Positions 11,706 to 24,489 of a stretch of DNA of 64,000 nt are shown piece by piece. Each line of letters starts with the position of its first letter. The stretch's first letter is position 1. The translations under genes and the position numbers were made by a program. Below the pieces are notes generated by a model. That model made no database searches. It saw only the letters and a program-made list of their open reading frames with translations, and was not told where the DNA came from. The DNA comes from Felis catus (Eukaryota): contig NC_058368.1 in assembly GCF_018350175.1 (NCBI RefSeq), positions 196,976,001 through 197,040,000 of the forward strand, written 5' to 3'.

Positions 11706-12602
11706 CTCGCTCCTAATGACCACCTCGAGAGACCATACACACGTCATCTGTGGAAGGGCAGGGCCCCGGTTGCTTCTTGAATGTGCACCCCCTGTGCCAG
11801 GGCTACGTGGGCACCTGGGGCTCTGAATAGCGACGCGGCTGCTAGCCGCGTGTGATGCAGAGGCTTTCCTTTGGGTGCCGGAAGGTTTGGGCTTTTGGCT
11901 TGTTCTCCAGATGAGGTGCGGTGGGAGGGGCTGGGCTTGGCAGGCGACGTGGGCGCTGGGCCTGGCCCACCCTTGACTTGCTTGGGGATCCTTCGCCTCT
12001 CTGGCCATCCAGTGATAAAATTCCGGATTCTCTTTCCCACCTTCCTCCATGTCATTCCCCTGAGCACATGCTCCACAAGTGCTTCCTGTTCAACTGATTT
12101 CTGAACACGGCGATGGGAGCAAAGTGAACTTGTGCCACAGCCAGACTGAGTCATGGAAGAAGGTGGTCAAGGGGGTGCGTGCTGCCTCACCAAAGACCCC
12201 ACCCCCCTCCTTCCCTTCCGCAGCCCCACCCTGCTGTGAGGACCTGGCCACAGCCCAGACCAGTGGGAAGGGACGCATCTTTGGCTGTAACCTGGGGCCC
12301 TCCCAGGACCGTGGTCAGCCCAATGCTCCATTTTCCCACGACCAGGCAGCCCAAGGAATGAGGCCCAGATGGGTCCCAAGCCCCCCGCTTGCCACCTTCG
12401 CTGCCCGATGCCGGGTTCATCCACCAGGTTCTCCTGATATCCTCTGATGCCATCAGATGTGGGCTTTCTGGAAGGGCCCGCCTGGCTCAGGGGTGTGCCC
12501 GGTATGTGGCCTTGCACCGGTCAGTCCGTCTGAAGCAGGTTTTCGGCAGTGGGTTCCACAGGTCGGCCAGAGCTGATTCCACAGTCCGTGTCTACAGCCA
12601 GC

Positions 12603-12808
12603 TTTTTTTTTTTTTTAAGTTTATTTAGAGAGAGAGAGAGAGAGAGAGAGAGAGCATGAACAGGGGAGGGGCAGAGAGAGAGGGAGGATCCCAAGCATGC
12701 TCTGCACTGTCAGCAGGGAGCCTGATGCGGGGCTTGAACCGGGAGATTATGACCTGAGCTGAAGTCAGGAGTTGGAGGCTAAACCGACTGAGCCCTCCAT
12801 GCGCCCCC
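12603..12808 (-). mobile_element. Can-SINE
   Basis: T tail, (GA)n, ATGACCTGAGCTGAAGTC, degenerate head. Confidence 0.88.
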
Positions 12809-13374
12809 AGGCTCCTGGGTGCTTGACTCACACCGTGACCTAGCAAACACTCTATGAACTACTTTAACTGACCAGCCCTGTCTGTGCTGGCCCCGTGTCA
12901 CCCTCTTCCCGTGTCACTTCTTGGAGCCACTGACACAAGGGGATGTATGGGCATCCCGGCTGCTCACTCAGGGCTCTGAAAATGCAGAGGACAGAAGAGG
13001 CCCCTTGGGCTGGTCGGGAAATACCCGGTTTCTGTGGTGACAAACAGGTGGTATCGGCGACAGCGTGCACCGGGCAGGGCACGGCTCCGGGAAAACCTCT
13101 CCGGTCCTCACCGTGGAAGCGGAATGACAAGCAGCCCAGATGCCCTGCACAACTTGGAGGTCTGGGCAAAGGGTGTGAGTATCGGCCACCCTCCGGCAGT
13201 TTGGTTTCATGGAGCTGACAGCTTCCGCCCTCACCGTGAGGGAAGCTCACGGAAAACACTGGAAGGAAAAGCCTGCGATTCTTCCTCCCAGGATATGAAG
13301 CACGTGTACAAATCAACGGCCTCAAGCAAAAATGAATGCGCTGACCGAGTTGCTACAATTTAAAAGTATTTCAC

Positions 13375-13604
13375 GGGGCGCCTGGGTGGCGCAGTCGGTT
13401 AAGCATCCGACTTCAGCCAGGTCACGATCTCGCGGTCTGTGAGTTCGAGCCCCGCGTCAGGCTCTGGGCTGATGGCTCGGAGCCTGGAGCCTGTTTCTGA
13501 TTCTGTGTCTCCCTCTCTCTCTGCCCCTCCCCCGTTCATGCTCTGTCTCTCTCTGTCCCAAAAATAAATAAACGTTGAAAAAATAAATAAATAAATAAAT
13601 AAAA
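13375..13604 (+). mobile_element. Young feline Can-SINE with TSD TAAAAGTATTTCAC
   Basis: Perfect TSD 13361-13374 and 13605-13618. Confidence 0.97.
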
Positions 13605-13807
13605 TAAAAGTATTTCACATAGAAATCTGGATTTTTCTGTTGAGAACATCGGAAAGCCTGGCGGGACCGGGGCCTGTGTTCTTGGGTGGAAAAATTTGGC
13701 AGGAGCTGAGGGTCCTCGTGCTGACTTAGCCCTGAGCTCCTCATTCAGGATCCTTTTCACGACCCATTTTCCTCATGCCCAACCCCCTTCCCTCATTTCT
13801 TGTTAAT

Positions 13808-14013
13808 AATTTTTTTAATGCTTGCTTATTTTTGAGAGAGACAGAGTGCAAGCAGGGGAGGGGCAGAGAGAGAGGGAGACAGAATCCGAAGCAGGCTCCG
13901 GGCTCCCGGCTGTCAGCACAGAGCCGGACGTGGGGCTCGAATTCACAAACCATGAGAGATCATGACCTGAGCTGAAGCTGGACACTCAACTGACTGAGCC
14001 ATCCAGGCGCCCC
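13808..14013 (-). mobile_element. Feline Can-SINE
   Basis: Full-length; TTCCCTCATTTCT on both flanks. Confidence 0.9.
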
Positions 14014-14244
14014 TTCCTTTCCCTCATTTCTGTCCCCTTCCATGGGTGGATAAAGTTTTTTGGGTTTTGTTTTTGGGTTTGTTTTTTTTTTTTTTTTTTG
14101 GTCTTACATTCTTTTATTATATATCTGCAAATCTATTTTATGTACAATAATTGATTCTATTGGATGAAGTTTTTTTACGCCTATATAGTCCATCGGTCAA
14201 AATAAGTCCTATGATTTGAGAAAGCCTGCACACTTGTCCTGTTC

Positions 14245-14336
14245 TTATTTTTTTTTAATAGTTTTTTTTTAAGTTTATTTATTTATTTTGGGAGAGAGAG
14301 AGAGAGAGAGCATGCACACACAATTGGGGGAGGGGC

Positions 14337-14367
<31 letters not shown>

Positions 14368-14512
14368 CAAGTAGGTTCCATGCTGTCAGCACAGAGCCCA
14401 ACGTGGGGCCCAAACTCACAAACCGTGAGATCATGACCTGAGCCGAATTCAAGAGTTGGATGTTCAACCAGCTCAACCAGTTGGCATTCAACCAATGCCG
14501 CCCAGGCGTCCC
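14245..14512 (-). mobile_element. Can-SINE
   Basis: (GA)n tracts, GAGATCATGACCTGAGCCGAA, CCCAGGCGTCCC. Confidence 0.88.
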
Positions 14513-16049
14513 TGTCCTGCTCTTCATGACTCACAGACCACAGGAACCACACGAAGACCGTATGAAGGCTCTGAGAAGTCCAGTGATTTCCGGAGGCAAA
14601 ATGGTCCCCGTGTGATACAGCGGGTGCCTCCCCAGGTGGTTCCTGTGCCTTTGGTGCGGTTCCTGGGCTGATGCTTTGGGATCACCTCAAAGCACGGGGC
14701 AGGCCGCAGGGAACTGGTTGAGGAACACCTCTGTGATGTGGGGGAAGCTGCCTGTTTGACTCACAGAAGGGAAGACGATCAGGTGCTGAACTTCGAACCA
14801 GGGCCCGTGAATCAGTGTCCGGCCCCCAGCCTTGCCCTCCGCCTGGGTGTCCCCTCACAAGCCCGGCTGCGGCTCCTGTCCTCAGGTTTAAGTAATTAGA
14901 ACCTCTGTCCGGGGACCACTGACCACGGGTCCCAGCCCCTCCCAGGCTGTGTGTCCTGCTGGGGCGGGAGTGCTGACTCAGATGGCCACACCAACGCCCG
15001 GAACAGCTCCGGAGATCAACCAGACCTGTCGAGTTCTTTCATGTCAGCCGGAATTGCTTGGCAATGGCTCCCTGGAGCACACTGCCGATTCTGAGTCTGA
15101 TTCTGTGCTCAGCGAACGAAAGGGTGGCGTGGTACATGAGCGAGGCAATGGCTGCCATGGTTGGAAAGGAAGGAATAGTGGGTTTGTCCCCAAATGACAT
15201 CCTGGCTTTAGTCGGTGGGTCAGTTCAGAGGCCCTTCCTGGGGTTGAGGGGGGGCCCATGAGAAGGAGCAGTTTGTAGAGGGAGTTGAGGCATGAAGGAA
15301 ATAGTAGACATCTTGGTTGGGCTCCATCCAAGCCTACCTCAGCATGCCTCCCGCTGTCATGGTTTCCCCAGCAGCAGCCATGTTGGTACCATGTGACCCC
15401 CACCTCTCTGGTTGCATGGACCGTAGGTGGGGACCCAATTCGGAGGCTGATTCACCGGCCTTTGAGGTGACCTGGTGGGAATATTAACAGATCCTCTTGG
15501 GGAAGGAGAATGGAAGGCAAAGAGTAGAACAGTTGTTCATAAAAACAGAGGCGATAAGATCAATAAACAAGAGGAGAGAGAGAGAGAGGGGACAGGAGCT
15601 GAGTGGGGTTAATGATGTGAAAACCGCCAATTCCTGGCCCCAACACAGCGCCTCCCAGGAGTCGCCTTGGCCCAGGGTGTGGGAGTGCAAAAGCCTGCTT
15701 GCTGATTTACCAGTAATCGGTGCCCATGACCCTCTGATTCGGTTTCTGGTCAAAGGGACTTTTCCTGCGCTGAGGGCCTGGGCCCTCTAGGCCCTGCAGG
15801 GGTCTCAGCCACCAGCTGAGGATGTCAGGGTGGGCTCCTGGGGGCCTGCTGGCCAGATCGTGGCATGAGCCAGATTAAAGCGAGAGCCATCTTCAACTGG
15901 AACTCGTGCTGTGCCCACTCCTGGGCCCCTGTGGGTAGAACGTGGCGTCCTCCCTGGGGACTGGGCCTTCAGAGAACGAGCGTGTGCATCCATCAGGGGC
16001 TGCAGCCGGCTTTAGCTTTTTGTTACTTCAATAAATATCGATGGTGAGG

Positions 16050-16260
16050 AGATAAAAGCCTGGGCTTGCCGGCCACACCAGCTGAGTTTGAGGCCTGGCT
16101 CTGCCATTTACCAATAGGGTGACTTTGGGCAAGTCACGTAAGCTCTGCGTGCCTCAGTTGCCTTGGCTGTGAAATGGGGGCAATGCCGGCACCTCAGAGG
16201 GTTGTTGTGAGGGATGAATAGAAGCACTTAGAACAGGACGCGTCATATAGTGAGTGCTAC
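16050..16260 (+). mobile_element. MIR SINE
   Basis: GGCTCTGCCATTTACC...GGGCAAGTCAC...GCCTCAGTT...GGGTTGTTGTGAGG. Confidence 0.8.
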
Positions 16261-16664
16261 TGTCAGGCCCGGTGCCAGGTGCTGAAGGGACAAAGGGGAT
16301 CTGGACCTTGCCCTTGCAGAGTCTAGAATTCAGAGACCACTGAGGGCCATTGCCCACCTCTGTCTTCCACGCTGTGGGGAAACTGGTCTTTTCTGGGCCC
16401 GATCTCAGCCGACCTCGGTCAGACCGACATCGGCCGCCACACGTCTAGACCTGCCTCAAGCCTTCTGCCCAGCTAGGCTTGACACGTGCCGGCCAGGCGT
16501 GGCCGTGACAGAGCTTGTGCCCAAGGCGGGGGAGACAGTCACGGCTGTGAGTCAGGAAGACCGCTGTGCTCAGGGGGGCGCAGGGATGGAGGAGGGAGGC
16601 CAGGCACGAAACCAGGAGCGGTCGTGGGATGCCCCTACCGAGTGGCCGCCTGGGGGAAGACATT

Positions 16665-17095
16665 TCTCAGGTCTGCGGCAGCAAATCCCCACAAACTGAG
16701 TGGCTAAAAACAACAGAAACGTATTCTCTCGCCACTCCTGAGACCAAAGTCCAAAATCAAGGCCAGCTGGACTGCCGCCTCCAAAGCCAGTGAAGGAGAA
16801 TCACTCCTGGCTTCTTCCAGCTTCTGGCGGCTTCCGGCATACCTTCGCTTGTGGCAGCATTACTCCGGTCTCGGCTTCTGTCTTCACATGGCTTCTCTCT
16901 GTGGGGAATCTCTATTTTGTCTCTGTGACCAAATTCCCCATGAGGATACCAGGCATGTTGGATTTAGGCCCCCCCCCCCCCATGACCCATCTTAACTTGA
17001 TTACACCCGCCAAGACCCTATTTTCCAAAGAGGGTCACATTTACAAGTTTCGGGTGGATATGAGTTTTGGGGCAGGGGGACACCATTCAACCCAG
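16665..17095 (-). mobile_element. MLT1 (MaLR) solo LTR
   Basis: AAAACAACAGAAACGTATTCTCTC...AAGACCCTATTTTCCAAA...GGGGACACCATTCAACCCA. Confidence 0.85.
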
Positions 17096-19339
17096 CAAAA
17101 TTTCTTAGCCATCACCTATCAGAACGAATTCAGTGCTCTTTCTCCCATTTGACAGATGAGAAACTTCAAACGGCCTCTCTGACCTACTGAGGGCCTCGGA
17201 GTTCAACGCATGCCCAGACAGTGTGGCGCTGGAGGAGGGCCGGGAGGCGCACTCCTGAGGGAGAAGGGGCAGAAACAGGAAATTCCCTCTCGGGGCAATG
17301 TCCAAGGCTGCTTATCGGGCCAGGACGGACTTCAGCCTCCCAGCCCTCCTCCTCTTCCTCCAGCCCGATTCTCCCTCGGCCCCTCCCGGCGGCAGGCAGG
17401 AAGCAGCTTAGCTGAATGTTCTGCAGAGGCCTGTGCTGTGCTGACCTGGCCAGAACAAGCCAGCAGCAGCTCGGGAAGAAAAGCAGTGGCTGGAACGTGC
17501 TGGAAAGAATGTTCATCTGGGGTCAACACGGGGGGGAAAGAGCTGGAGCCCACAGCCAGAGGCCCACTCGCCTGGGAAGGGCCCTTATCTCCCCTGAGGT
17601 GCTGGGCTCTCGCCTGTGTGTGGTGACCAGAGGCCTGCAGTGCTTGGGGGTGTGGGGGAGGAGCATGGCGGGCCCTGCGGTCCGTCCTGGGGCCCTGCTG
17701 ATTCAGGTCACGGGGGTATGTTTATCAGGGCAGGGAGGGCCCCCAGAGACAGCCAGTCCCGGGGTCCCAAATAAGTGGTGGGTCTACGACCAGACTCCCT
17801 CCCTCTGAATCCTCCTTAACACAGCACCCCACACAGGTGCACATCAGCCGGAGCTGGCCCAAGAGTTAACAACTGCCCTGTGCTTCTAGCTTCTAGCACC
17901 AGGACTCTGTGCCTGGATGATATCTCCCCGAGGGGTGGAAGGGCTCCCTCCAGGTCCCACGGCCTGGAGAGAGGCAGGTCAGGACCAGCTCTCCCGGTCC
18001 AGATGCTAGGCACTTTTCATGACACACAGACTTTTTGCACAGGGGGTGACACCCACGCCGTCCTGCCTGCTGCCGAGAGCTAAGTTACGCAGCTGCTGTG
18101 ATTGTAGGAGGGGCTGGCACTGGCCTCCCGGGACAGCTGACGCTGCAGCTGCCGCTGGGGTGGTGGCGGGACCCACCCTCCCCCCCCCCAGGCTGTCTGG
18201 TCTGTTCGGTGGCAAAGCTCAGAATGGTTTTGAAGTACAGGTAGGAGTTTGCCTGGTCAAGAAAGTTCAAGGAGGGAATCCTGGGCAGAAGAATGAGCGT
18301 GTGCAGAGGCCCAGACAGGGCTGAAGGGAGAAGGGGTGGGGGGTGGGGGGGGGGCGGTGAGAGCTGAAGGGGATGGGAGGTGGCAGGGACACACGAAGCC
18401 ATGGTCCACAAGATCTGGGTTCTGGTCTCTGCTTCGTCACTATCTTGCTGTGCAGCTGGGGCAAGTCCCAGCCCTTCTGGGCCTCGTTTTCCTTATCTGT
18501 CCGATAGGAAGCTATGGCCAGGTGCTCGCTATAGGCCGTTCTTGCCTTGTCAAAGGGTCCCCAGTGCCCTCCTCCTCACAGTCCTTGCCAGTGGAGGAGA
18601 CGAGATGCTGATCCTCAGAGAGGCCCAGCCTGGCTGGGAGCTAGCCCAACTGTCCCGGGCCTCTGAGCAGCCCAATCTGGGACTGGGGAGGGGAGACACG
18701 ATGTCCTTTCTCACCTCTGTGCTCTGGGGCAGGAGGCGGCCCAGCAAAGCGTATTAGCCGCTCTGACCCTGAGCGAGTCATGTTCGCTCTCTGGGCCCTC
18801 CCTTCCGAAAGGCGACAGGCCGCTAGCCAGGGACCTGAGGCCCTGGCAGCTGGTGGGGTGGTGGGAGCCGGGGAATGCCTGCACAGCCTAGGAATGTGTT
18901 TACTTCCCCCTGTGCTGGGAGGAAACCGAGCAAGGCCCCCTGCTGGAATCCTTCCCAGCCAGGCCAGCAGGCCTCTCCACCTCCTTCCTGGGCTGGCCAC
19001 ATTGTTTTCGGCAGCCCTTCCTCCCAGCCACATTCAGGGGCATCCCACCTTCCTTCATCCCTTCACAGATACAAACCTGACCCAGGAAGGGCCACCCACT
19101 GGTGTCAGGCCTTCGGCTTGGAGCCTGGACCCTGATCTCTGCTCCCCCCACCCCCCCAGCCCTGTGTCTAGCCACTGAGGGGCCCTGACAAGTCCCTTGT
19201 CTTCTCTGGCTTCCATTTCCCCTTTCTATGATGCAGGGATGGGGTGAAGTGAGCTCTGATGGACCCTTTGGTCCTGGGAGTCAGAACCTCCACGAGGCCT
19301 CCCGGAAAGGCAGGGTGATGGCCCTAAGCACAGGCTGTG

Positions 19340-19660
19340 GTTCATTCAACAAGGTTTCAGCACCGGAATGTGCCAACTCGGTTCTAGATGCTGCCGACCC
19401 AGCAGCAAACAAGACAGATGGGATCCCTGACCTCACGGGAGGGGGAGATAGGTGTCACACACGTAATTATAAACCGTGCTGTGTGCCGAGGAGAGTTTTG
19501 ATGAATGAACTACCTGACAGGAAGAGATCAGGGCTCAGGAGAGGACTCATCCGGGACGTGAGATGTGGAGGAGAAGGTGCCGGTATCACCCAGAAAGGGG
19601 CAGGGAGGAGTGTTCCGGGCTGTGGTGCCAGTCTGCCTGAAAGGATGAGGAAAAACTGGG
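19340..19660 (-). mobile_element. L2 LINE 3' end
   Basis: TTCATTCAACAA...AACAAGACAGATGGGATCCCTGACCTCACGG. Confidence 0.6.
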
Positions 19661-19949
19661 TAGGGAGCATAGAGATCGAGGCGCTGACTCCTCCTTTGGC
19701 ACCCACGGAAGGGCCTTTAATCTCTCCGAGATTTATCGACACCTGCAAATTAGCAGTAATATTTAACTTGCAAGATACTTGTGAGAATTTAATCCCATAG
19801 CGCCCCCTGTTTATTTCAGGACCTTGGGAAGAAAAAGCACTCCATAAATGGCAGTAAAGTATCAGGCTGTGCTCTGTGCATATACGATTGATATCTATCG
19901 GTCTGATTACATTTTATGGCAGTCCTCTTTCTTTATTCTTCTGCTTTTA

Positions 19950-20558
19950 ATTTTTTTTTAAGATTTTATTTTTTATTTATTTACTTTTTTTAACGTTTAT
20001 TTATTTTTGAGAGAGAGAGAGACAGAGCATGAACGGGGGAGGGTCAGAGAGAGAGGGAGACACAGAATCCGAAACAGGCTCCAGGCTCTGAGCGGTCAGC
20101 CCAGAGCCCGACGCGGGGCTCGAACTCACGGACCGTGAGATCGTGCCCTGAGCCGAAGTCGGACGCCCAACCGACTGAGCCACCCAGGCGCCCCAAGATT
20201 TTATGTTTAAGTAATCTCTACACTCAATGTGGGCTTGAACTCACAACCCTGAGACTGAGGGTGACACACTCCCACATTGTATGTATTGTTTTAAATTTCT
20301 GTAAAGGGGATGTTAGCATTTCTATTTATTTTCCGATTTAAAGAAAGTATTTATTTGTTTGTTTGTTTGTTTGTTTGAGAGAGAGAGAGCATATGAGCAG
20401 GGGAGGGGCAGAGACAGGGAGGGAGAGAGAGAATCCCAAGCAGGCTCTGTGCAGTCAGTTCAGAGCCCGATATGGGGCTTGATCCCACGGACCATGATAT
20501 CATGACCTGAGCTGAAATCAACAGTGGGACGCTTAACTGACCGAGCCACCCAGGCACC
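19950..20558 (-). mobile_element. Can-SINE cluster: young copy 19970-20194 nested in the tail of a short copy, plus a copy at 20350-20558
   Basis: Two full heads; TSD AAGATTTTAT at 19960-19969 and 20195-20204. Confidence 0.9.
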
Positions 20559-21099
20559 TTATACTATTGGTATTATTAATAATAATAGTAGTAAAATGAA
20601 AGTGTGGGAGGACTCTTTCTTATCACACATTCCAAGTGTCTCCAGCTGTACTGATTTCTAATATATTGCATCACAGCTCTCTGCAAGCCCAAAACCTCAC
20701 CCATGGGCCGGGGAGCTGTGGACATGGGCATCTTTTCCCATGGGGCTCTGGGGCATGGCACGAGGGATGCTCTGAAAGCAGGTAGGCCCTGTGAGGAAGG
20801 AAGGGAACCAGGGAAGAGAAGTCCTGGAAGTCTGTGAGCACCATCAGCAGGACTCTGGTTGGCCCTTCTGAGGGAGAGAACTTGGTTTTATGCCGACGGA
20901 ATGAGTGAAGATGCGTAAGAATTTTCTAACACATCCCAACAATTCTATTCCAAAGATGAAATGACCTTGAGAGGTAGTGTTGAGTGAGTTGTACAATGAC
21001 GCGTTAAGCGATGGTTGGGAGAGGATTCTGTATATTTGGGGCATGGTGGTAAAGGACATGGGAAAGTCAGAAGAGGTAATGTCATCAACTAGGATTAGA

Positions 21100-21650
21100 T
21101 TTGACTACAGGAAACATAAGTGCAAAAGCAATAATGGCTTACACAATATGGATGCTTATTTATCCCTCCAGAAAAGTGCAAAGATGGGTGGGCTATCGCT
21201 GATGCAGTGGCTATGCTTTAAATCCTTCTGGTTCACACCCGCCTTCGCTGTGGTGTGGTCCTATTCCTCATGGTACAAAATGGTGGCCATCATACCTACA
21301 TTCCAGGAAGATGGAAGAAAGGACAGAATCAGAAAGATGAAAAGGAAGGAACATCTGGCTGGCTCAGCTGGTAGAGTGTATGACTCTTGACCTTGGGGTT
21401 GTGAGTTCGAGACCCACATTGGGTGTACAGGTTACTTAAAGAAACTTGAAAAAAAAAAAACAGAAAAAAAGGAAAGAAAGATAAAGGGACTGGGATGAAA
21501 ATAGGATGAAAAGGACAAAAGATCCTCAGAAGCGCCTGGGTGATGTTTATGCTTGCATCTCATTGGCCAGAACCAAGTCACCTGGCCATGACTGGTGGCA
21601 AAGGATGATGGGAAACGTAGTCTTTATTATGGGTAGCCACAGTTCAAGCT
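21100..21650 (-). mobile_element. Old MLT1-type LTR interrupted by a short Can-SINE (~21350-21470, +)
   Basis: TGCTTGCATCTCATTGGCCAGAAC...GGGAAACGTAGTCTTTA; ACAAAATGGTGGCC. Confidence 0.55.
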
Positions 21651-22224
21651 AATAAGTCCATCTCTGTGGAAGGAGAGAATGGAACCATCAGCATGACATT
21701 TCTGATCTTTTTCAGCTCTGAAAGTTCAGTAGTTTGTGATTCTTGACCCTCCATTACTATAGCCAAAGTCTGAACCCTTGCTCTTGATCCAAAGTGGGTA
21801 TCTGGGTGGGACAGGACACATCGAGATGGCTGAGGGAAGGCAGGGAAGGCTTGCAGAAATGCAAGAATGTCCCTGAGAGAGGGGACAGCCTCTCTGTTCT
21901 TCAGGCTGACTGAACGCCAACCTGATATTTGGAAGTTTCTCACTGGGAGCCCATGAGCTCAGCAGCCTACAAAATTGCCTTTCCTTGGGGGCAATGAATT
22001 GTTCTGTCCTTGACTTTCACAGGTTGGGCAATTCATGAAATGCACACGTGAAGGGCATTTCCCTATCTACGCAAAAATGGAGGTGAAGCTGTTGTCTCCT
22101 CTGTCAGGAAATGCCCTGGATTTAACTGCTGCAAAGAGATCTGTTCTGGAATTCAGAATCAGGAAAATGCTTATCTTCAGCTGAGCTCATATGATTTTCT
22201 TTCTCTGTTAACAAAGTGCATAAT

Positions 22225-24330
22225 GCAGTGGCACTCTGTTTGCCCTCTTGGCATTATAGCTCCGCCTCCCCCTATGGTAACATCACCTGCTTTTTTGTTG
22301 CTTTCAGTCCATGGCGTTCTTTCAGTCCACTCCTTCTTCTCCTCCAGGGGGAGGGCACAGTACCGAGGCATGGCTAATTGGAGCCATGGTGATTGGTTCC
22401 TGGATTGGATCATAGTGAAGTCTGGGCCATTAAATGACATCCCTGGGACTTTTTTTTAAAAATTTATTTATTGTATAATTTACATCTAACTTGGTTAGCA
22501 TATAGTACAACAATGATTTCAGGAGTAGATTCCTAATGCCCCTTACCCATTTAGCCCATCACCCCTCTCACAACCCCTCCAGCAACCCTGTGTTTGTTCT
22601 CTATATTTAAGAGTCTCTTATGTTTCGTCTCCCTCCCTGTTTTTGTACTCTTTTCGCTTCCCTTCCCCTATGTTCATCTGTTTTGTCTCATAAAGTCCTC
22701 CTATGAGTGAAGTCATTTGATATTTGTCTTTCTCTGATGGACTAATTTCACTTAGCATCATACCCTCCAGCTCTATCCACATAGTTGCAAATGGCAAGAT
22801 TTCATTCTTTTTGATTGCCGAGTAATACTCCATTGTGTGTGTATATATATATACCACATCTTCTTTATCCATTCATCCATCGATGGACATTTGAGCTCTT
22901 TCCATACTTTGGCTATTGTTGAGAGTGCTGCTGTAAACACTAGGATGTGTGTGCCCCTTCAAAATAGCACACCTGTATCGCTTGGATAAATACTTAGTAG
23001 TGCAATTGCTGGGTCGTAGGGTAGTTCTATTTTTAATTTTTGAGGAACCTCCATACTGTTTTCCAGAGTGGCTGCACCAGCTTGTATTCCCACCAACAAT
23101 GCAAAAGAGATCCTCTTTCTCCGCATCCTCGCCAACATCTGTTGTTGCCTGAGTTGTTAACGTTAGCCATTCTGACAGGTGTAAGGTGGTATCTCATTGT
23201 GGTTTTGATTTGTATTTCCCTGATGATGAATGATGTTGAGCATTTTTTCATGTATCTGTTCACCATCTGGGTGTCTTTTTTGGAGAGTGTCTATTCATGT
23301 CTTTTGCCCATTTCTTCACTGGATTATTTGTTTTTTGGGTGTTGAGTTTGATAGGTTGTTTATCGATTTTGGATACTAACCCTTTATCTGATATGCCATT
23401 TGCAAATATCTTCTCCCATTCCGTCAGTTGCCTTTTAGTTTTGCTGATTGTTTCCTTCGCTGTGCAGAAGCTTTTTATTTTGATGAGGTCCCAGTAGTTC
23501 ATTTTTTTGCTTTTGTTTCCTTTGTCTCCGGAGACGTGTTGGGTAAGAAGTTGCTACGGCTGAGGTCAAAGAGGTTTTTGCCTGTTTTCTCCTCTAGGAT
23601 TTTGGTGACTTCTGCCTTACATTTAGACGTCCCTGGAACTTTTACTGAAATCATTGAGGGGTGAGGGAAATCATATTTTCCATGGGAGGTATGAAGCTGA
23701 TAAGATGCAGATCTGAAGTTGCTGGTGACATTTTATGTTATGTTATGATATGTTATGTTATATTATGTTATATATTTTTAAGTAAGCTCTACGCCCAATG
23801 TGGGACTTGAACTTATGACTCTGAGATCAAGAATTGCATGGTCCACTGACTGAACCAGCCAGGCACCACCCCCTTTTAAAAAATATTTATCGTTTTTTTT
23901 TAATGCTTATTTTTGAGAGAGCACAGTGGGGGAGGGGCAGAGAGAGGGGGACAGAGGGTCCAAAGGGGGATCCACTCTGACAGCAGTGAGCCAGGTATGG
24001 GGCTCAAACTCATGAACCTCGAGATCATGACTGGAGCCAAAGTCAGACCCTCAACCAACTGAGCCACCCAGATGCCCCTGCTTTTTAAAAATTTGCCGGT
24101 GACCATCTTTACACCTTCTAGAATGAGTTTACTTGCGAATGAGGGAATGAGGCCAACACAGAGGACGGCGGAGCCGGAATGGAAAGTGTGATACATTTCT
24201 GATGACATTATCTGAGCCTCTGGATCCCGCCCTCTGCAGCCCTGAATTTCCCAGCATGTGAGTCAACACATTCTCTTTTTTTGCTCAAGACGGCTGGAGC
24301 TGGGTTCCCATCCCTTGCCAAAGAAATAGT
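22225..24330 (+). mobile_element. ERVL LTR16-like solo LTR split by an L1 and two Can-SINEs (~23775-23870 and ~23895-24079, -)
   Basis: GGTGATTGGTTCC...GGCCAACACAGAGG...CTGATGACATTATCTGAGCCTCTGGATCC...GCTGGGTTCCC. Confidence 0.65.
22455..23625 (-). mobile_element. 5'-truncated carnivore L1 (ORF2 C-terminus and 3' UTR), frameshifted, with 19-bp TSD
   Basis: Translations [73 protein letters not shown] 22436-22454 vs GACGTCCCTGGAACTTTTT 23626-23644. Confidence 0.97.
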
Positions 24331-24489
24331 GCCCCAAATCCGCTAACCAAAAGAGAATTCCCCTTGGAAGTGGAGATAAGAATTTTGTGATGAGGGGTGC
24401 TAAGTCATCCCGGGTGCCTGATCGACCTGCTGCTCAGTTTCTTTCACAGGAAACATATCACGAGCCCAATGAGCATGCCCACTGAGGCG

